DNA from: Nannocystales bacterium
GTDB lineage: Bacteria; Myxococcota_A; Polyangia; Nannocystales; Nannocystaceae
Assembly (NCBI GenBank): GCA_050633305.1
Contig: JBOEGF010000005.1
Location: forward strand, 128,001-192,000
Direction of reading: 5' to 3'
DNA: 64,000 nt
The notes under the pieces were generated by a model. That model ran no database searches and was not told where the DNA came from. It saw only the letters and a program-made list of their open reading frames with translations. The position numbers and the translations under genes were made by a program. Positions 20,051 to 30,310 of this stretch are shown here, piece by piece. Every line of letters begins with the position of its first letter. Positions within the stretch are counted from its first letter, which is position 1.

Positions 20051-20096
20051 CGTTGGACTCGCCTTGCTCGGGTGAGGGCGGGGCTGCGCCGGTTTG

Positions 20097-21455
20097 CTAC
20101 GGGCGCTCGTTGACGAACAGGGTCCAGGTGTTGTCTTCGAGCTCGGTCCACATCACGACTTGGTCGTCGAGGTAGCGTCCGTTGGAGCTCGTGGGGAGGT
20201 GCGCGACCACGTGGGGGGCAGCACCAGTAAGGTCGTAGGCTCGCACCTCGCTGCCGACGTCCGCCAGGATCCCATCGGCGGAGACGTAGTAGTCCCCAAG
20301 AGCGCCGGGTCCAGGTTCCTGGATGACCATGGACGAGCCCCCGGTCGAGATGTTGTGCGAGATGAGGCCGAAGGGTCCGCCCTCCACGGCGCGTCCATAC
20401 AGATAGATCGAGGGTCCGACCCCATACAACGGTCGGTTGCAGGCATCGGCGCTCAAGACCGAGTGCGTCAGCACCGGACCGCCCGCTGCGGGGATCGAAG
20501 CGACGGGGTTTTCGAAGTCGGTGCCTGTCCAGACGATTCGTCCGGCGGCCACGGTCACCTGGCACATCAGGCCTGGGACGTCGCTCGCGACTGCCGTGGT
20601 CATGTTCGGAGCGTCGTGGGTGGCCCGGAGTAGACTCGAGATTTGCGCGCCACCATCCTCCACGACGGTCGTTGGGTAGTAGAGGTGCGTGTTTGAGGCG
20701 AACGGGGAGCCTGCGTCGCTGATTGCGAACATGAAGTCGACCGGGCCGCCTGCGAGGGACAATTGTTGGGCGGCGCCGAGGTTGCGGTCGAGCCAGAACA
20801 CCGAGCTGTTCACGACGGCAAACCCTCGAAAGCTCCCGGTGAGGTCGTCGGACACCAACTCCTGCACCTCCTCTTGAGCGAGGTCCCAGCGTAGGATCCG
20901 ACCGAACCCGGACTCGTCGAATACGAAGGTGTCCCCGACTCGCGTGATCCGGGTGGGTCCGAGTCCGATGCCCTCGGCGATCGAGGCTGGAGCGCAGGCG
21001 GAGTCTTCGCAGACTCCGCTGGCGCAGATGTGGCCGCACGCGCCGCAGTTGTCGCCGTCGGTTGCCGTGTCGATCTCGCAGCCGCTGACCGGCATCTCGT
21101 CGCAGTCTCGGAAGCTCTCGAGGCACGTGATGGTGCAGTCGTCCAAGCACGCGGCCCCGTGGGGGTCGTCACCGTCGCATTGCTCGGTGCCTTCCAGCTC
21201 GCCATTGCCGCAAGTCGGAGCGGAACTGCTGGTGCTGCCCGACCCTTCCGTGGATCCCGACGGGGCAGCGGTGGAACCAGGAGAGCCGGTGGATTCGAGG
21301 CTTCCGCTGCTTGGAGCCGCGGTTGGGTCGCTGTTGCCGCTCGTTTGGGGGTCGGTGGTGACGCCAGACTCGGTATCGCCGGCGGGGTCGGGGTCGACGG
21401 GTTCACTGAAACACCCGGCGGCCATCGCGACCGGGATCCAAAGCCAATGCTTCAC
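20097..21455 (-). CDS. Cys-rich lipoprotein with probable beta-propeller domain
   Basis: AAGC lipobox, CGNG..EQCD and NCGACGHIC myxobacterial Cys repeats, then a repeated beta-rich domain. Confidence 0.78.
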   Translation of the reverse strand: MKHWLWIPVAMAAGCFSEPVDPDPAGDTESGVTTDPQTSGNSDPTAAPSSGSLESTGSPGSTAAPSGSTEGSGSTSSSAPTCGNGELEGTEQCDGDDPHGAACLDDCTITCLESFRDCDEMPVSGCEIDTATDGDNCGACGHICASGVCEDSACAPASIAEGIGLGPTRITRVGDTFVFDESGFGRILRWDLAQEEVQELVSDDLTGSFRGFAVVNSSVFWLDRNLGAAQQLSLAGGPVDFMFAISDAGSPFASNTHLYYPTTVVEDGGAQISSLLRATHDAPNMTTAVASDVPGLMCQVTVAAGRIVWTGTDFENPVASIPAAGGPVLTHSVLSADACNRPLYGVGPSIYLYGRAVEGGPFGLISHNISTGGSSMVIQEPGPGALGDYYVSADGILADVGSEVRAYDLTGAAPHVVAHLPTSSNGRYLDDQVVMWTELEDNTWTLFVNERP

Positions 21456-21542
21456 CCAGGCTTAGAGCCGCTCGGCCGGCTGCGGATCACGAGAGTTTTC
21501 GTTTTTCTCAGGTCGGCTCGAACCGGGGCGTTTCGGAGAGTC

Positions 21543-22256
21543 TCAGCACGGCCGTCCCTCGGTCGGGATGCACTGCAGCTGGCACGTTTGCGCGACAAAT
21601 CCGCCCGTCATGAAGGGTTCGTCGGTCTCGGTCGTGAAGCCGCGCACCACGCCGACCATGCAGCCGTCGTCGACGTGCAAGAGCTCGATCGTGCCGTCTA
21701 CGCTCGAACCACTGTTGGCACCATCTCCGTAGACGACGACTCGAGGGGCGGCGAGCATCGCAACCTCGTGGACGCCGAGTTCGAGCTCGTCGGGCCCCAG
21801 CATCAGCTCGAACCCTCGACCGCCCGTCTCTTGGGAGCCCCCGGTCGACGTCGTTCCGAACCCGCCCGACGAGCTGCCGAACTCGTCCTGACGAGTCTCG
21901 CCACAAGATGAGATCGGTTGCTCGGACAGCCGCAAGAGGACGGAACCCGCTTCGACCGGAGTTCCGTCCGCGGTGGCATCGGGGACGGCCACGACCGCCC
22001 AGGCCGAGGCCAACCCCGGGATCGGCGGCAGTTCCCCAAGCACCTGTCCGCACCGGGTCGTGGCTGGATCGGGGAAGTTGCCGTCAAACTCCGAACCCCC
22101 GAAGGGTTCTCCCGCGACCCCACCGACGGAGCCGAAGCTGTCACCCGTGCCGGAGCTCGGGGGTGCGTCTCCATGGTCGAAGGACCTGGTCTGGCAGCCA
22201 CCGCCGAGGGCAACGAGCGCGGCCCCGAGTCCGAGGAGTCTTGCTTGGGTGCGCAT
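21543..22256 (-). CDS. Hypothetical lipoprotein
   Basis: LGGGC lipobox; starts 2 nt downstream of the cytochrome gene. Confidence 0.72.
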   Translation of the reverse strand: MRTQARLLGLGAALVALGGGCQTRSFDHGDAPPSSGTGDSFGSVGGVAGEPFGGSEFDGNFPDPATTRCGQVLGELPPIPGLASAWAVVAVPDATADGTPVEAGSVLLRLSEQPISSCGETRQDEFGSSSGGFGTTSTGGSQETGGRGFELMLGPDELELGVHEVAMLAAPRVVVYGDGANSGSSVDGTIELLHVDDGCMVGVVRGFTTETDEPFMTGGFVAQTCQLQCIPTEGRPC

Positions 22257-22258
22257 CG

Positions 22259-24040
22259 CTAGAGTGATTCCAAGTACGCCACGATGGATGCGACTTGCTC
22301 GCCATCCAACTCCGTGCCGCTCGCGGTCGTGCTCGCCATGTCGAGCACGGCCTCTTCCAGCGTGAGGGCCCGAGCATCGTGCATGTAGGGGGCTCGTAGA
22401 GCGACACCGCGCAGTGCGGGTGTTTGCAAAGGACCGTGTCCGAGGTCCGATGATGCGGCAGAGGTGAAGCTGGGCCCAGCGTGGCAGCTCGCGCAGCCGA
22501 GGGATGCGAAGAGTTGCTGCCCTTTTGCGGCGCTTGCGTCCGACTGCGAGCGTAGTGGGTTCGGCGGACGCAAGGAGAACATCCAGTCGCGGAGGGCAGC
22601 CTGGCGTTCCTCGGTCTGCTCGATGCCACCCATGGCTCCTTGCCGAACTTGCCGCGCGATCATGTGGATGTCCTCCATGTCCCCTTTCCAGTGGAACGGG
22701 GCGGTTCCTTCCAGTCCTACGTTGAGGGGTTGTGTTCGTCGTGGCCCCGCGTCAAACAACCATGTCCGGCCGTCTTCCCCGCCTTCGGGGTGACACGATG
22801 CGCACGAGACCCCTTGTCCGGCGTTGTTGTGGAACAGCTCGAACCCGGTGTCGTCGGCATCGGCGCCAGCGAGCTCGAGTTGTTCAGTCTGCGCGCCTTG
22901 GAATCGGTACAGAATCGGTTTGTCGCGAGCCTGGGCGAGCAGCGCATCGTCGGGTTGAAACGCGACCGCGACAATGTCGTCATCGACATCCAGAGGGGTT
23001 GGAATCTCGCATTGCCTGTCGCCCCAGGTCGAGGTGGAGTCCAGTCGGACTTCGAACACTGAGATGCGATCTTCGGTCGTGAGGTCTTGTTGGGTTGGGC
23101 TGGCGATCGCGACTCGCTTGCCGTCCGGGGACAACGCGACGTCGACCGAGAGTGCGAGCCCCGCGAAGACCCCGGCGTTGTGAACGACTCCGTCTTCGCG
23201 TGTCGCACTGAGCGTTGTGTTCACCACTGCGGAACAGGGATCGAGACCTCCGTACCCGGACTCCTCGAAGTTGTCGTGTGCGTCCGGCTCCTCGAAGCCT
23301 GGGATGACGCGGGTCGAAGCCAGCTGGTGCAACATGAGCCATCCGCCGCCCGGCCGCAGGAGGGTTCGCCACGCTGTGGTCGGCTCCCGGGTCGTGCCCT
23401 GGTTGATGATGGACACCGGAGCACCGAACAGGCTCCACGCTCCATCGTCCTCGAGTTCGATGAGCTCGGCGGCACGGAATCGGGTGACGAAGAGGCGGCC
23501 CTCGGAGACCAGGACGTCTCGTAGGTCCGAGGCGACGAAGCGGCGCGTTGGCTCTGCGCCGGATTCGGGGAGCGTGACGACCATGCCGCCCGCACATGCG
23601 ACGTGAAGGGCTTGGTTCGTCTCGTCAAACGCGACCCCGCGGGGGTTCGGACACACGCTGGTCGTCTTGGTGACGCGCGCTGACTCGGGGTCGAGGGTGA
23701 GCAGCGTGCCGGGTCCGCGCAGCGTCACGTGTACCCGGCCGTCGTTGTCCTCGGTTGCACGGAAGGGCAGCGCACCGGCTTCGAGATCGATCGTGCCGGT
23801 TTCTTGCCAAGCGTTGAGGTCGACGATGTGAATCGAGTCCCGAGCAGGATCGGAGACCACCGCGTGCCCACCGTCGTGGGTCACCAGGAGGGTGCCACCC
23901 ATGATCGGTGGCGCGAAGCCGGCTCGTTGCACGGCGCCCGTGCCTGGGTCTTCGATGGGGTCGGGAAGATCGACGGCTTCACAGCCTGCACCGATGAGCA
24001 AGAGCAGGGACAACGAGTACGCGCTGGGTCTGGATTTCAT
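22259..24040 (-). CDS. Beta-propeller + di-heme cytochrome c (peroxidase/MauG-like C-terminus) lipoprotein
   Basis: IGAGC lipobox, YVTN-like propeller, CASCH twice, TAPFHWKG, TPALRGV..APYMHDA. Confidence 0.82.
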   Translation of the reverse strand: MKSRPSAYSLSLLLLIGAGCEAVDLPDPIEDPGTGAVQRAGFAPPIMGGTLLVTHDGGHAVVSDPARDSIHIVDLNAWQETGTIDLEAGALPFRATEDNDGRVHVTLRGPGTLLTLDPESARVTKTTSVCPNPRGVAFDETNQALHVACAGGMVVTLPESGAEPTRRFVASDLRDVLVSEGRLFVTRFRAAELIELEDDGAWSLFGAPVSIINQGTTREPTTAWRTLLRPGGGWLMLHQLASTRVIPGFEEPDAHDNFEESGYGGLDPCSAVVNTTLSATREDGVVHNAGVFAGLALSVDVALSPDGKRVAIASPTQQDLTTEDRISVFEVRLDSTSTWGDRQCEIPTPLDVDDDIVAVAFQPDDALLAQARDKPILYRFQGAQTEQLELAGADADDTGFELFHNNAGQGVSCASCHPEGGEDGRTWLFDAGPRRTQPLNVGLEGTAPFHWKGDMEDIHMIARQVRQGAMGGIEQTEERQAALRDWMFSLRPPNPLRSQSDASAAKGQQLFASLGCASCHAGPSFTSAASSDLGHGPLQTPALRGVALRAPYMHDARALTLEEAVLDMASTTASGTELDGEQVASIVAYLESL

Positions 24041-24279
24041 CGTGCCGGGTTCTCCGTTGTTCAATCCACGCGCATCGAGGTTCTCAGTTTCCCCCACCTG
24101 GGAGGATGTGACACGGGCAGGGGCTGTACTCCACCTGTCGAGCTGCGGAGAGGACGCGCGCCTTCGATCTGAGGTCACCGGGTCAACCCGTCGGCCTCAG
24201 AACCGGTTGGAAAAAAAATGAGGGTAGAGTGCAACTGAGGGTCGTCGTTGGCGTGGTTGTCGGTAGGCCCCTGACCGGC

Positions 24280-25602
24280 ATGCCGTCGCTGTTCCTCATT
24301 CTTGCGCTCATCGGTGCGTCCGGGCCTCCGGGTACCCAGGAGGCGCTTGGGCAGGACCCCGAGCAAGAGGCTCGCACAGGGCAGCAGCCGATTGTTCATT
24401 TGACCGTCGACGCGGCGCTGAGGCAATGGCTGGTCGTACGGTTGCTCGAGGATGGCTACACGCTGACAACGTCACGGGGCGTCGCCCATGCGCAGCTTGC
24501 GGTCGTCTCGAATGCCGTGGGGGGCTGGCGGGTGACCGCGACTGGAGAGTCGACCGTTACCTACGATGTCGAGCCTGCGGCCGATGCTGCGGTTCTCCGA
24601 CTCGAGCTGCTGCATCGGTCGATTGATGCGCTCGAAGACGTGGTCCCTTCGAGTCCTTCGGGTTCGCAGCCCGCGACGGTGGGCCTCGTGGTCTCCGAGC
24701 TCGCCCCGGCTTCGCTCGCCCCCCAGGTTGCGGCGGGAGTTCTTGCAGCTGGAGCAGTCCTCGTCCCAGCGGGGACACCTTCGCAGCTGAGGGTGTGTGC
24801 GGACCAAGCATCGGGGGAGCACAATCCCCGAATCTCGGTCATCGATGGCAATGGTGAGTGTGGAGCGGACGCTGGTGCCGGAACCGTCAAGGCTGGAGAC
24901 GACGCCTTGCATTCGACGACGGCGCTGGTGACTGCTGCCATCGCGACGCTCCCCGCCGGGGTCGACCCGGGTCCAGAGGATGTCGCCGTATCCGAGCCCG
25001 AACTCGAAGAGCCTGAGGAGCCTATCCACGCCGAGACGGACGACGAGCGGGCACCGGGCCAGGAGCCCACACGCTCCCGCTTTCGAACACCGGTTCAGGG
25101 AGCACCCCGGGTTCTGCGGCTTGGTGTAGCGACGGGGTTCATCAGCAGAGGGCCTGTCGCAGACGCTCTGGTCGCGGCCTCGATGACGGTCGGACGAGAG
25201 CCCGGGATTCGGGGCTGGCTCGAGCTCCAGGCTAGGCCTGTGACCGTGATAGGGGCGCTGCGGGTCATCGAAGTGACGCCCGCCATCGGATTCAAACTGC
25301 GACCGCTGACGGTGGGCCGCGTTTCGCTCGAGACCGGTCTGCTGTTGGGCGCGGACATCCACGCCTACCAGCTCGAAGCTGAGCAGGCGACGCAACGAGG
25401 CTCACACACCGCGGCTTCGTTGGAGTCGGCGTTGGGTGTGGCGGTTCAGATCTGGAAGCTCCACGAGATTCACCTCGGGCTGCGCTTGGGCGGAGGCATG
25501 GAACGCATCCACCGAGTCCAGGGAGAGGAAGTCTGGCGCCGCGGAGCCTTTCGGGTTGGCGTGACCGTCGGGTTCTCTTTCGGACTGGGGAGGAGCACGT
25601 GA
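24280..25602 (+). CDS. Secreted protein with predicted C-terminal beta-barrel (ECF module A, gene 1)
   Basis: Signal peptide; C-terminal amphipathic beta-strands ending GVTVGFSFGL; GTGA overlap with the sigma gene. Confidence 0.65.
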   Translation: MPSLFLILALIGASGPPGTQEALGQDPEQEARTGQQPIVHLTVDAALRQWLVVRLLEDGYTLTTSRGVAHAQLAVVSNAVGGWRVTATGESTVTYDVEPAADAAVLRLELLHRSIDALEDVVPSSPSGSQPATVGLVVSELAPASLAPQVAAGVLAAGAVLVPAGTPSQLRVCADQASGEHNPRISVIDGNGECGADAGAGTVKAGDDALHSTTALVTAAIATLPAGVDPGPEDVAVSEPELEEPEEPIHAETDDERAPGQEPTRSRFRTPVQGAPRVLRLGVATGFISRGPVADALVAASMTVGREPGIRGWLELQARPVTVIGALRVIEVTPAIGFKLRPLTVGRVSLETGLLLGADIHAYQLEAEQATQRGSHTAASLESALGVAVQIWKLHEIHLGLRLGGGMERIHRVQGEEVWRRGAFRVGVTVGFSFGLGRST

Positions 25603-26150
25603 ACGCCGAGTCGAGCAAGTTCGCGTTGGTCCACGAGGATGTCGACACCCGTACTCGTGTTCGGGTGCTGTACCGGCGTCACCGAGACGACGTGTATCGA
25701 CTCGCGCTTCGCTATAGCCAGGGCGACGCGACATGGGCGGAAGACATCGTCCAGGACGTCTTCGTCACGCTCTGTCGGAAGGTCGACAAGCTCGACGACG
25801 ATACCGACCTCGGCGGGTGGTTCTACCGTGTGACGCACAACCGGTGCCTCAGTCGACTGCGGCGGCGTGCCGTAGCCCAGTCGCCGGCGGTCCGGTGGCT
25901 GCTCGGTCGCCGGGCCGTCTCGCACGACGACCGGCGAGCTGAAGACCGGGCTGGGCTGCACGAAGTCTTCAAGATCGTAGACGGGCTCCCTCCCAATCAG
26001 CGTCTCGCGTTCTGCATGTACCACCTCGATGGGATGGAGCAGGCCGAGATCGGCGAGGTCTTGGGGCACTCCAAGAGCTACGTTTGCAAGCTCATCAAGC
26101 GTGCGACCTCCACCATTGAGAAGACGCAGGAGGCGTGCGATGCCGACTAG
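25599..26150 (+). CDS. ECF sigma factor (module A)
   Basis: AEDIVQDVF, GWFYRVTHNRC, LPPNQRLAF..DGMEQAEIGEVLG. Confidence 0.92.
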   Translation: MNAESSKFALVHEDVDTRTRVRVLYRRHRDDVYRLALRYSQGDATWAEDIVQDVFVTLCRKVDKLDDDTDLGGWFYRVTHNRCLSRLRRRAVAQSPAVRWLLGRRAVSHDDRRAEDRAGLHEVFKIVDGLPPNQRLAFCMYHLDGMEQAEIGEVLGHSKSYVCKLIKRATSTIEKTQEACDAD

Positions 26151-27249
26151 CCGCGAAGTCATCGAGCGACTCAAGGCGGCGGACCGTTCGCTGGCCAACG
26201 AACGGATGCCACGAGCTGCGGCTCGGCGAGTCGCTCGGAAGGTCTCCGCGGAGTTGGAGAGTCAGTCCCGCCCAAGTCGGATGGGTTGGATCCCGATGCT
26301 CACCTTTGTCGCAGGTGCGGCCTTGGTGTTGTTGTTCCTGAGGTGGAGTACGGACGAACCCAGGTCGCTCACCGAAGATCGGTCGGAGTCCGTGGCCATG
26401 ACGGTGCTCGTGACCGGTCCCGCGTGCCGCTCGAATAGTGCCGCAACCACGACGGTCTGGGGGGCGTGCAGCATCTCTACGGAGGGTCCCTCGATGAGTA
26501 TCGACACGATTGACGGGTCCCATCTCGAGGTCGGCGACCGGGTGGTCGACCTTCGTTCGGGCTCGGCGTTGTTCGATGTCGATCCCGTCCGTGGCGACCC
26601 GGTTCGGATCGTTGTTCCTCAAGGAGAGATCGTCGTCGTCGGGACGCGATTCCGGGTGGTCGTCGGCGAGGCCCGAAGCGAGGTCGAGCTGTACGAAGGA
26701 CGTCTCGAGTTTCATGACGGGTCGGGGAAGGTCACGCCCATCCTGGCGGGGCAGCACGTGGGGTTCGGTCAACCGGCTCAACCTGCGCGCCCGGCTGCCG
26801 AGGAGTCCCCGTCGACGAAGCCGGTCTTGCCGCAGACGCCCGACGCTGACCAGCCGCCGCAGGCCGACGACACGGTTTCGCGGGCTCGGCCTTCCGTCCC
26901 GCGTGGCTCGTCGAAGCGGAAAGCTCGACGTACGGCCGAGCTGGCTCCGATGGAGGACGACGCAGGCCCGGTGATCGAAGCCGCGGAGAAGCTCCGGCGG
27001 GCGGGACGTTACGCCGACGCGGCGGCGACCCTCCGCGCGGCATTGAAGCGACGATGGCCGAGGCGCACCGCCGATGTGCTCAGCCATGAGCTGGGGCGCT
27101 TGCTCGAGCGACGAATTCGTGACCAAGCATCCGCATGTCGGCACTGGGAGAAGCACCTCGAGCGCTTCACGAAGACCCGCTACCGAGCTCGGATCGAACG
27201 CTCGATGACCGAGTTGGGTTGCGAAGCTGCCGTCTCTGAAGGCGGGTAG
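26140..27249 (+). CDS. FecR-domain anti-sigma with TPR-like C-terminus (module A)
   Basis: Single TM helix; LRSGSALFDV..VVGTRFRV..VELYEGRL FecR motif; Pro-rich linker; helical C-terminus. Confidence 0.85.
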   Translation: MPTSREVIERLKAADRSLANERMPRAAARRVARKVSAELESQSRPSRMGWIPMLTFVAGAALVLLFLRWSTDEPRSLTEDRSESVAMTVLVTGPACRSNSAATTTVWGACSISTEGPSMSIDTIDGSHLEVGDRVVDLRSGSALFDVDPVRGDPVRIVVPQGEIVVVGTRFRVVVGEARSEVELYEGRLEFHDGSGKVTPILAGQHVGFGQPAQPARPAAEESPSTKPVLPQTPDADQPPQADDTVSRARPSVPRGSSKRKARRTAELAPMEDDAGPVIEAAEKLRRAGRYADAAATLRAALKRRWPRRTADVLSHELGRLLERRIRDQASACRHWEKHLERFTKTRYRARIERSMTELGCEAAVSEGG

Positions 27250-27349
27250 TGCGCATACCGGAATCCTCGACCCGCGGCTGGGTCTTCGTTCAGGCGGCAA
27301 AGCTCCAAACTTGGCGCGCGCAAGCTGCGGGTAGGTACGATGCGCACCT

Positions 27350-28918
27350 GTGGTCGACGCGCGCCGAGAGCTGATCGAGGACCTCCACGGCTGTTACGAC
27401 GCCGGCACCCTGCGAATCCTGGTGGGTGCTGGGGTGTCGATGGCCTCGGGCTTGCCCGGATGGGATTCGCTCAACCTCGGATTGCTGCGCGCTGTGATCG
27501 AGTCGGACCTGCGCGGCCGATGTGAAAACGGGGAGGGGGCGGCCTATGTCCGGTCGCTGGTCGGGGACGAGGCGATCGAGACGCTCACCCAGGAGGTCTA
27601 TCGACGGATCGGTCGGGACGCTGCGGCTGACTTCGCGTGGCGTCGGCTTGGAGACACCGAATTCAAGCGTCAGTTGGCGAGACTCCTCTACCCGCGACAG
27701 ATCGAGCGGCTTCCACTTCGAAGCACGCAGCGTCAGCTCGCTGCGATGGCGCAGCAAGTTGCGGCCCGCGACCTGTTGTTTACGACCAACTACGATCCGA
27801 TTTTGGAGCGAGCGATCGCCGAGCTCCGAGGCGCACCCGAAGAGTGGGCCAAGCATCGCCACCCGCTGAGTGCACGCAGTCGCTCGAGTGCGCGACCGCG
27901 TGTCCATCACCTCCACGGATGGTTGGACGAGCGCGGAGCGGTGGGCGGCACGCTCGTCCTCACCGAGACCAGCTATCTCGGGCTCTTTGCCGACAAGCGG
28001 GCAACGCCCAACACCGATCTCAAGAAGCTGTTGATGGGCAATGCCCCCGTGCTGGTGCTCGGGATGAGCCTGGCCGACCCCAACTTGCGCCGCCTTCTCG
28101 ACCGCCGCCGCATCACGCCGCTTCGCGATGGCGACAACGCGATCTATGCGGTCATGGTCGGCGGCAACGAAGCTGCAGACGATCAGATCAACCAGTACTG
28201 GACGGGAACCTGGAACGTGAACCCGCTTTGGCTGCCGAACTTTGGCTACATCCCGCACCTGCTTCGGCAAGTTCAATGGGGCTGGACCGGAGATTCGCTG
28301 CCGTGGTTCGACGAGTGCAAGGCTTGGGTCGACGCGCAACTCGGGGACCTTCGGTTCACCGACGCGTGGCAGCGACGTGCCAACCGGTCACTGAAGACGC
28401 TGGTCGACCACGTGCGTACGTACTTCGGCCTCGAGCCGGGCGAGGTGATCACAACGAGCCTCTTCTTGCCCGAGCTGGAAGACGACCGGCAAGTCCTTCA
28501 GCTGGTGGCCACGTCGCGGCACGAACGCGCCGGGGAGGATGCCCGCAAACACGCCGCGCTTCGGGCGTTGAAGCTGAGCCCTGAGCGCTCGGTCCAAGGG
28601 GTCGCAGGCATCTCGTTTCACTTCGGCAACAGCAACGACGCTTGCGACAACCACCCCAGCATCAACTACAACTTCAGCTCCAAGCAGGTGCGGGAGTGGG
28701 ACCGGGCGTTCAACATGCGGGACTGGCGGTCGATTCTTGCGGTGCCGGCCCTGGATGGAGAAACGTGGCTCCCGTACGCCGTGATCACGTTGACGTCCAA
28801 CTTGGCCAAGCCGTTCTGGCGGCATTTTGGCAACGAACGCCACGACCTTCCGGTCCTCAAGACCTTGATGCGCCGGGTCTGCAAGGAACTCGTGGCCCAC
28901 CACGGCCTCACCCCCTGA
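27350..28918 (+). CDS. SIR2-like (SIR2_2) domain protein with C-terminal GAF-like domain
   Basis: ILVGAGVSMASGLPGW, TTNYDPILE, HHLHG, LVLTETSY, LGMSLADPNL; C-terminal QGVAG..WRSILAVP..AVITLTS is GAF-like. Confidence 0.82.
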   Translation: MVDARRELIEDLHGCYDAGTLRILVGAGVSMASGLPGWDSLNLGLLRAVIESDLRGRCENGEGAAYVRSLVGDEAIETLTQEVYRRIGRDAAADFAWRRLGDTEFKRQLARLLYPRQIERLPLRSTQRQLAAMAQQVAARDLLFTTNYDPILERAIAELRGAPEEWAKHRHPLSARSRSSARPRVHHLHGWLDERGAVGGTLVLTETSYLGLFADKRATPNTDLKKLLMGNAPVLVLGMSLADPNLRRLLDRRRITPLRDGDNAIYAVMVGGNEAADDQINQYWTGTWNVNPLWLPNFGYIPHLLRQVQWGWTGDSLPWFDECKAWVDAQLGDLRFTDAWQRRANRSLKTLVDHVRTYFGLEPGEVITTSLFLPELEDDRQVLQLVATSRHERAGEDARKHAALRALKLSPERSVQGVAGISFHFGNSNDACDNHPSINYNFSSKQVREWDRAFNMRDWRSILAVPALDGETWLPYAVITLTSNLAKPFWRHFGNERHDLPVLKTLMRRVCKELVAHHGLTP

Positions 28919-28969
28919 CCGCTCTGGACACCGCGTTCGCGCAGCGGTGCTACACTTTCGATCATCGAC

Positions 28970-29179
28970 ATGTCCGCGACTCCCAAAACCAAACCGGTGC
29001 GCAAGGCCTCGGCCCGCCGCAAGAAGCGTGGCACGACCGCGCAAACGATCCGGTTCGACTTCGACAAGCACGGTGCGCAGGCAGCGTTCGTCGACGTGCA
29101 GGACGAGTCCACACGCGATGCTTCTGACCTGATCGCGGCGGCCATCCAGCAGAGCTGGGACGCCCTCGAAGACGAGTAG
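28970..29179 (+). CDS. Small hypothetical protein (basic N-terminus, acidic C-terminus)
   Basis: 69-aa ORF with good codon usage; TACACT hexamer at about 28950 upstream. Confidence 0.6.
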   Translation: MSATPKTKPVRKASARRKKRGTTAQTIRFDFDKHGAQAAFVDVQDESTRDASDLIAAAIQQSWDALEDE

Positions 29180-29258
29180 TCACCTCGCGCGGATTGCTCC
29201 CCCCTCGTCGGCAGGCATCCGGTGCCCCGCGGCGGACCGAGGCACGTAGACTCTCTTC

Positions 29259-30260
29259 GTGTCGGTCTGGCCATTGCTGCTGCTGCTGGTCGCCTCCCCG
29301 ATCGAGATCGGAGCATGGAGTGTTCCGCCGAGCTGTGCGTCGAGGGCTGCGTTCATCGAGAAGGTGGAGGCCGAGGCTCAGACCAGTTCTGGGTCGGACG
29401 AGCCCCCGGTACTCGAGGCCGACATTCACGTCGAGGAGGTCGCGGTCGATCACTGGCGGTTGCGGCTACGCTTGCGCCGAGACGGGCGGGACGACGCGCG
29501 GTCGTTCGACGCGAGCAGCTGTGCCGCGGTGGTCGAGGCCGCCGCGGTGGTCGTCGCATTGCGATTGGTACAGGCTCGGCAGGACGAGACTTCGAGGTCC
29601 CGCGCTGCTGTCTCCGTGCCCGAGCCGCCTCGGGAACCCGTCCCGATTCCGCTGCCGGACCCTCCTTCTGCGTTGCCGCTCGCGACAGCACCCGAGCCCA
29701 TCCCCGTCGAGACTTCACGGGACCCGTCACAGGATCAGCGGTCACGGGTCGGAGGTTGGGTCGGAGTTCACCAGGGACTCGCCTTGGGTATCGCTCCAGG
29801 TATTGGAGGTGGCTTTGGCGTGGATGGAGGTGTGACCGGACAGTGGTGGCGTGCGGGCCTCGGTGTGCACGCGGCTCTTCGGCGTACGGAGACCCATCCT
29901 GATGAGCCCGGCATTCGCGGACGCTTCGACCTCGTGACCGGAGAATCGTTCGCATGCGGCACACCCAAGGTCGGTTCGCTGGTGTTCCCGATCTGCGGCC
30001 GATTTGCGGTCTCTGGAATGCGGGCGGTGGGGGAAGGAGCGGTGAGGACCTCCGAGTCGGTGTGGGGGACCTGGTTGGGGGCTGGCGGATCCGCCGGCCT
30101 CGCGTGGCACGTCACCGAGCGTGTCGCGCCCGCGTTGTCCGCGGTCGCGTTGGCGCCTCTTCAGGACTGGGCGTTCTCCGTAGGGGACGCTCCGGGCACC
30201 CTTCACCGAACTGGCCCGGTAGCGCTCCGAGTCTGGGCGGGTCTGGAGATTCATTGGTAG
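29259..30260 (+). CDS. Secreted protein with WxxPxxC N-domain and predicted beta-barrel (ECF module B, gene 1)
   Basis: Signal peptide, WSVPPSC, RSFDASSC..EAAAVVV, Pro-rich linker, beta-strands ending GLEIHW; paralogous to 51355-52386. Confidence 0.72.
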   Translation: MSVWPLLLLLVASPIEIGAWSVPPSCASRAAFIEKVEAEAQTSSGSDEPPVLEADIHVEEVAVDHWRLRLRLRRDGRDDARSFDASSCAAVVEAAAVVVALRLVQARQDETSRSRAAVSVPEPPREPVPIPLPDPPSALPLATAPEPIPVETSRDPSQDQRSRVGGWVGVHQGLALGIAPGIGGGFGVDGGVTGQWWRAGLGVHAALRRTETHPDEPGIRGRFDLVTGESFACGTPKVGSLVFPICGRFAVSGMRAVGEGAVRTSESVWGTWLGAGGSAGLAWHVTERVAPALSAVALAPLQDWAFSVGDAPGTLHRTGPVALRVWAGLEIHW

Positions 30261-30310
30261 TTCGCTCCACAAATCCAGGACGTGGGCTGCATTGCCAGCT
30301 GTCCCCTCCG

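Noticed and set aside
24150..24220. Shared ECF promoter motif (GTGAC-N17-CGTC preceded by a T-run) across the modules
   Set aside because: Only partly matched upstream of module C and absent at module B; too weak to call.
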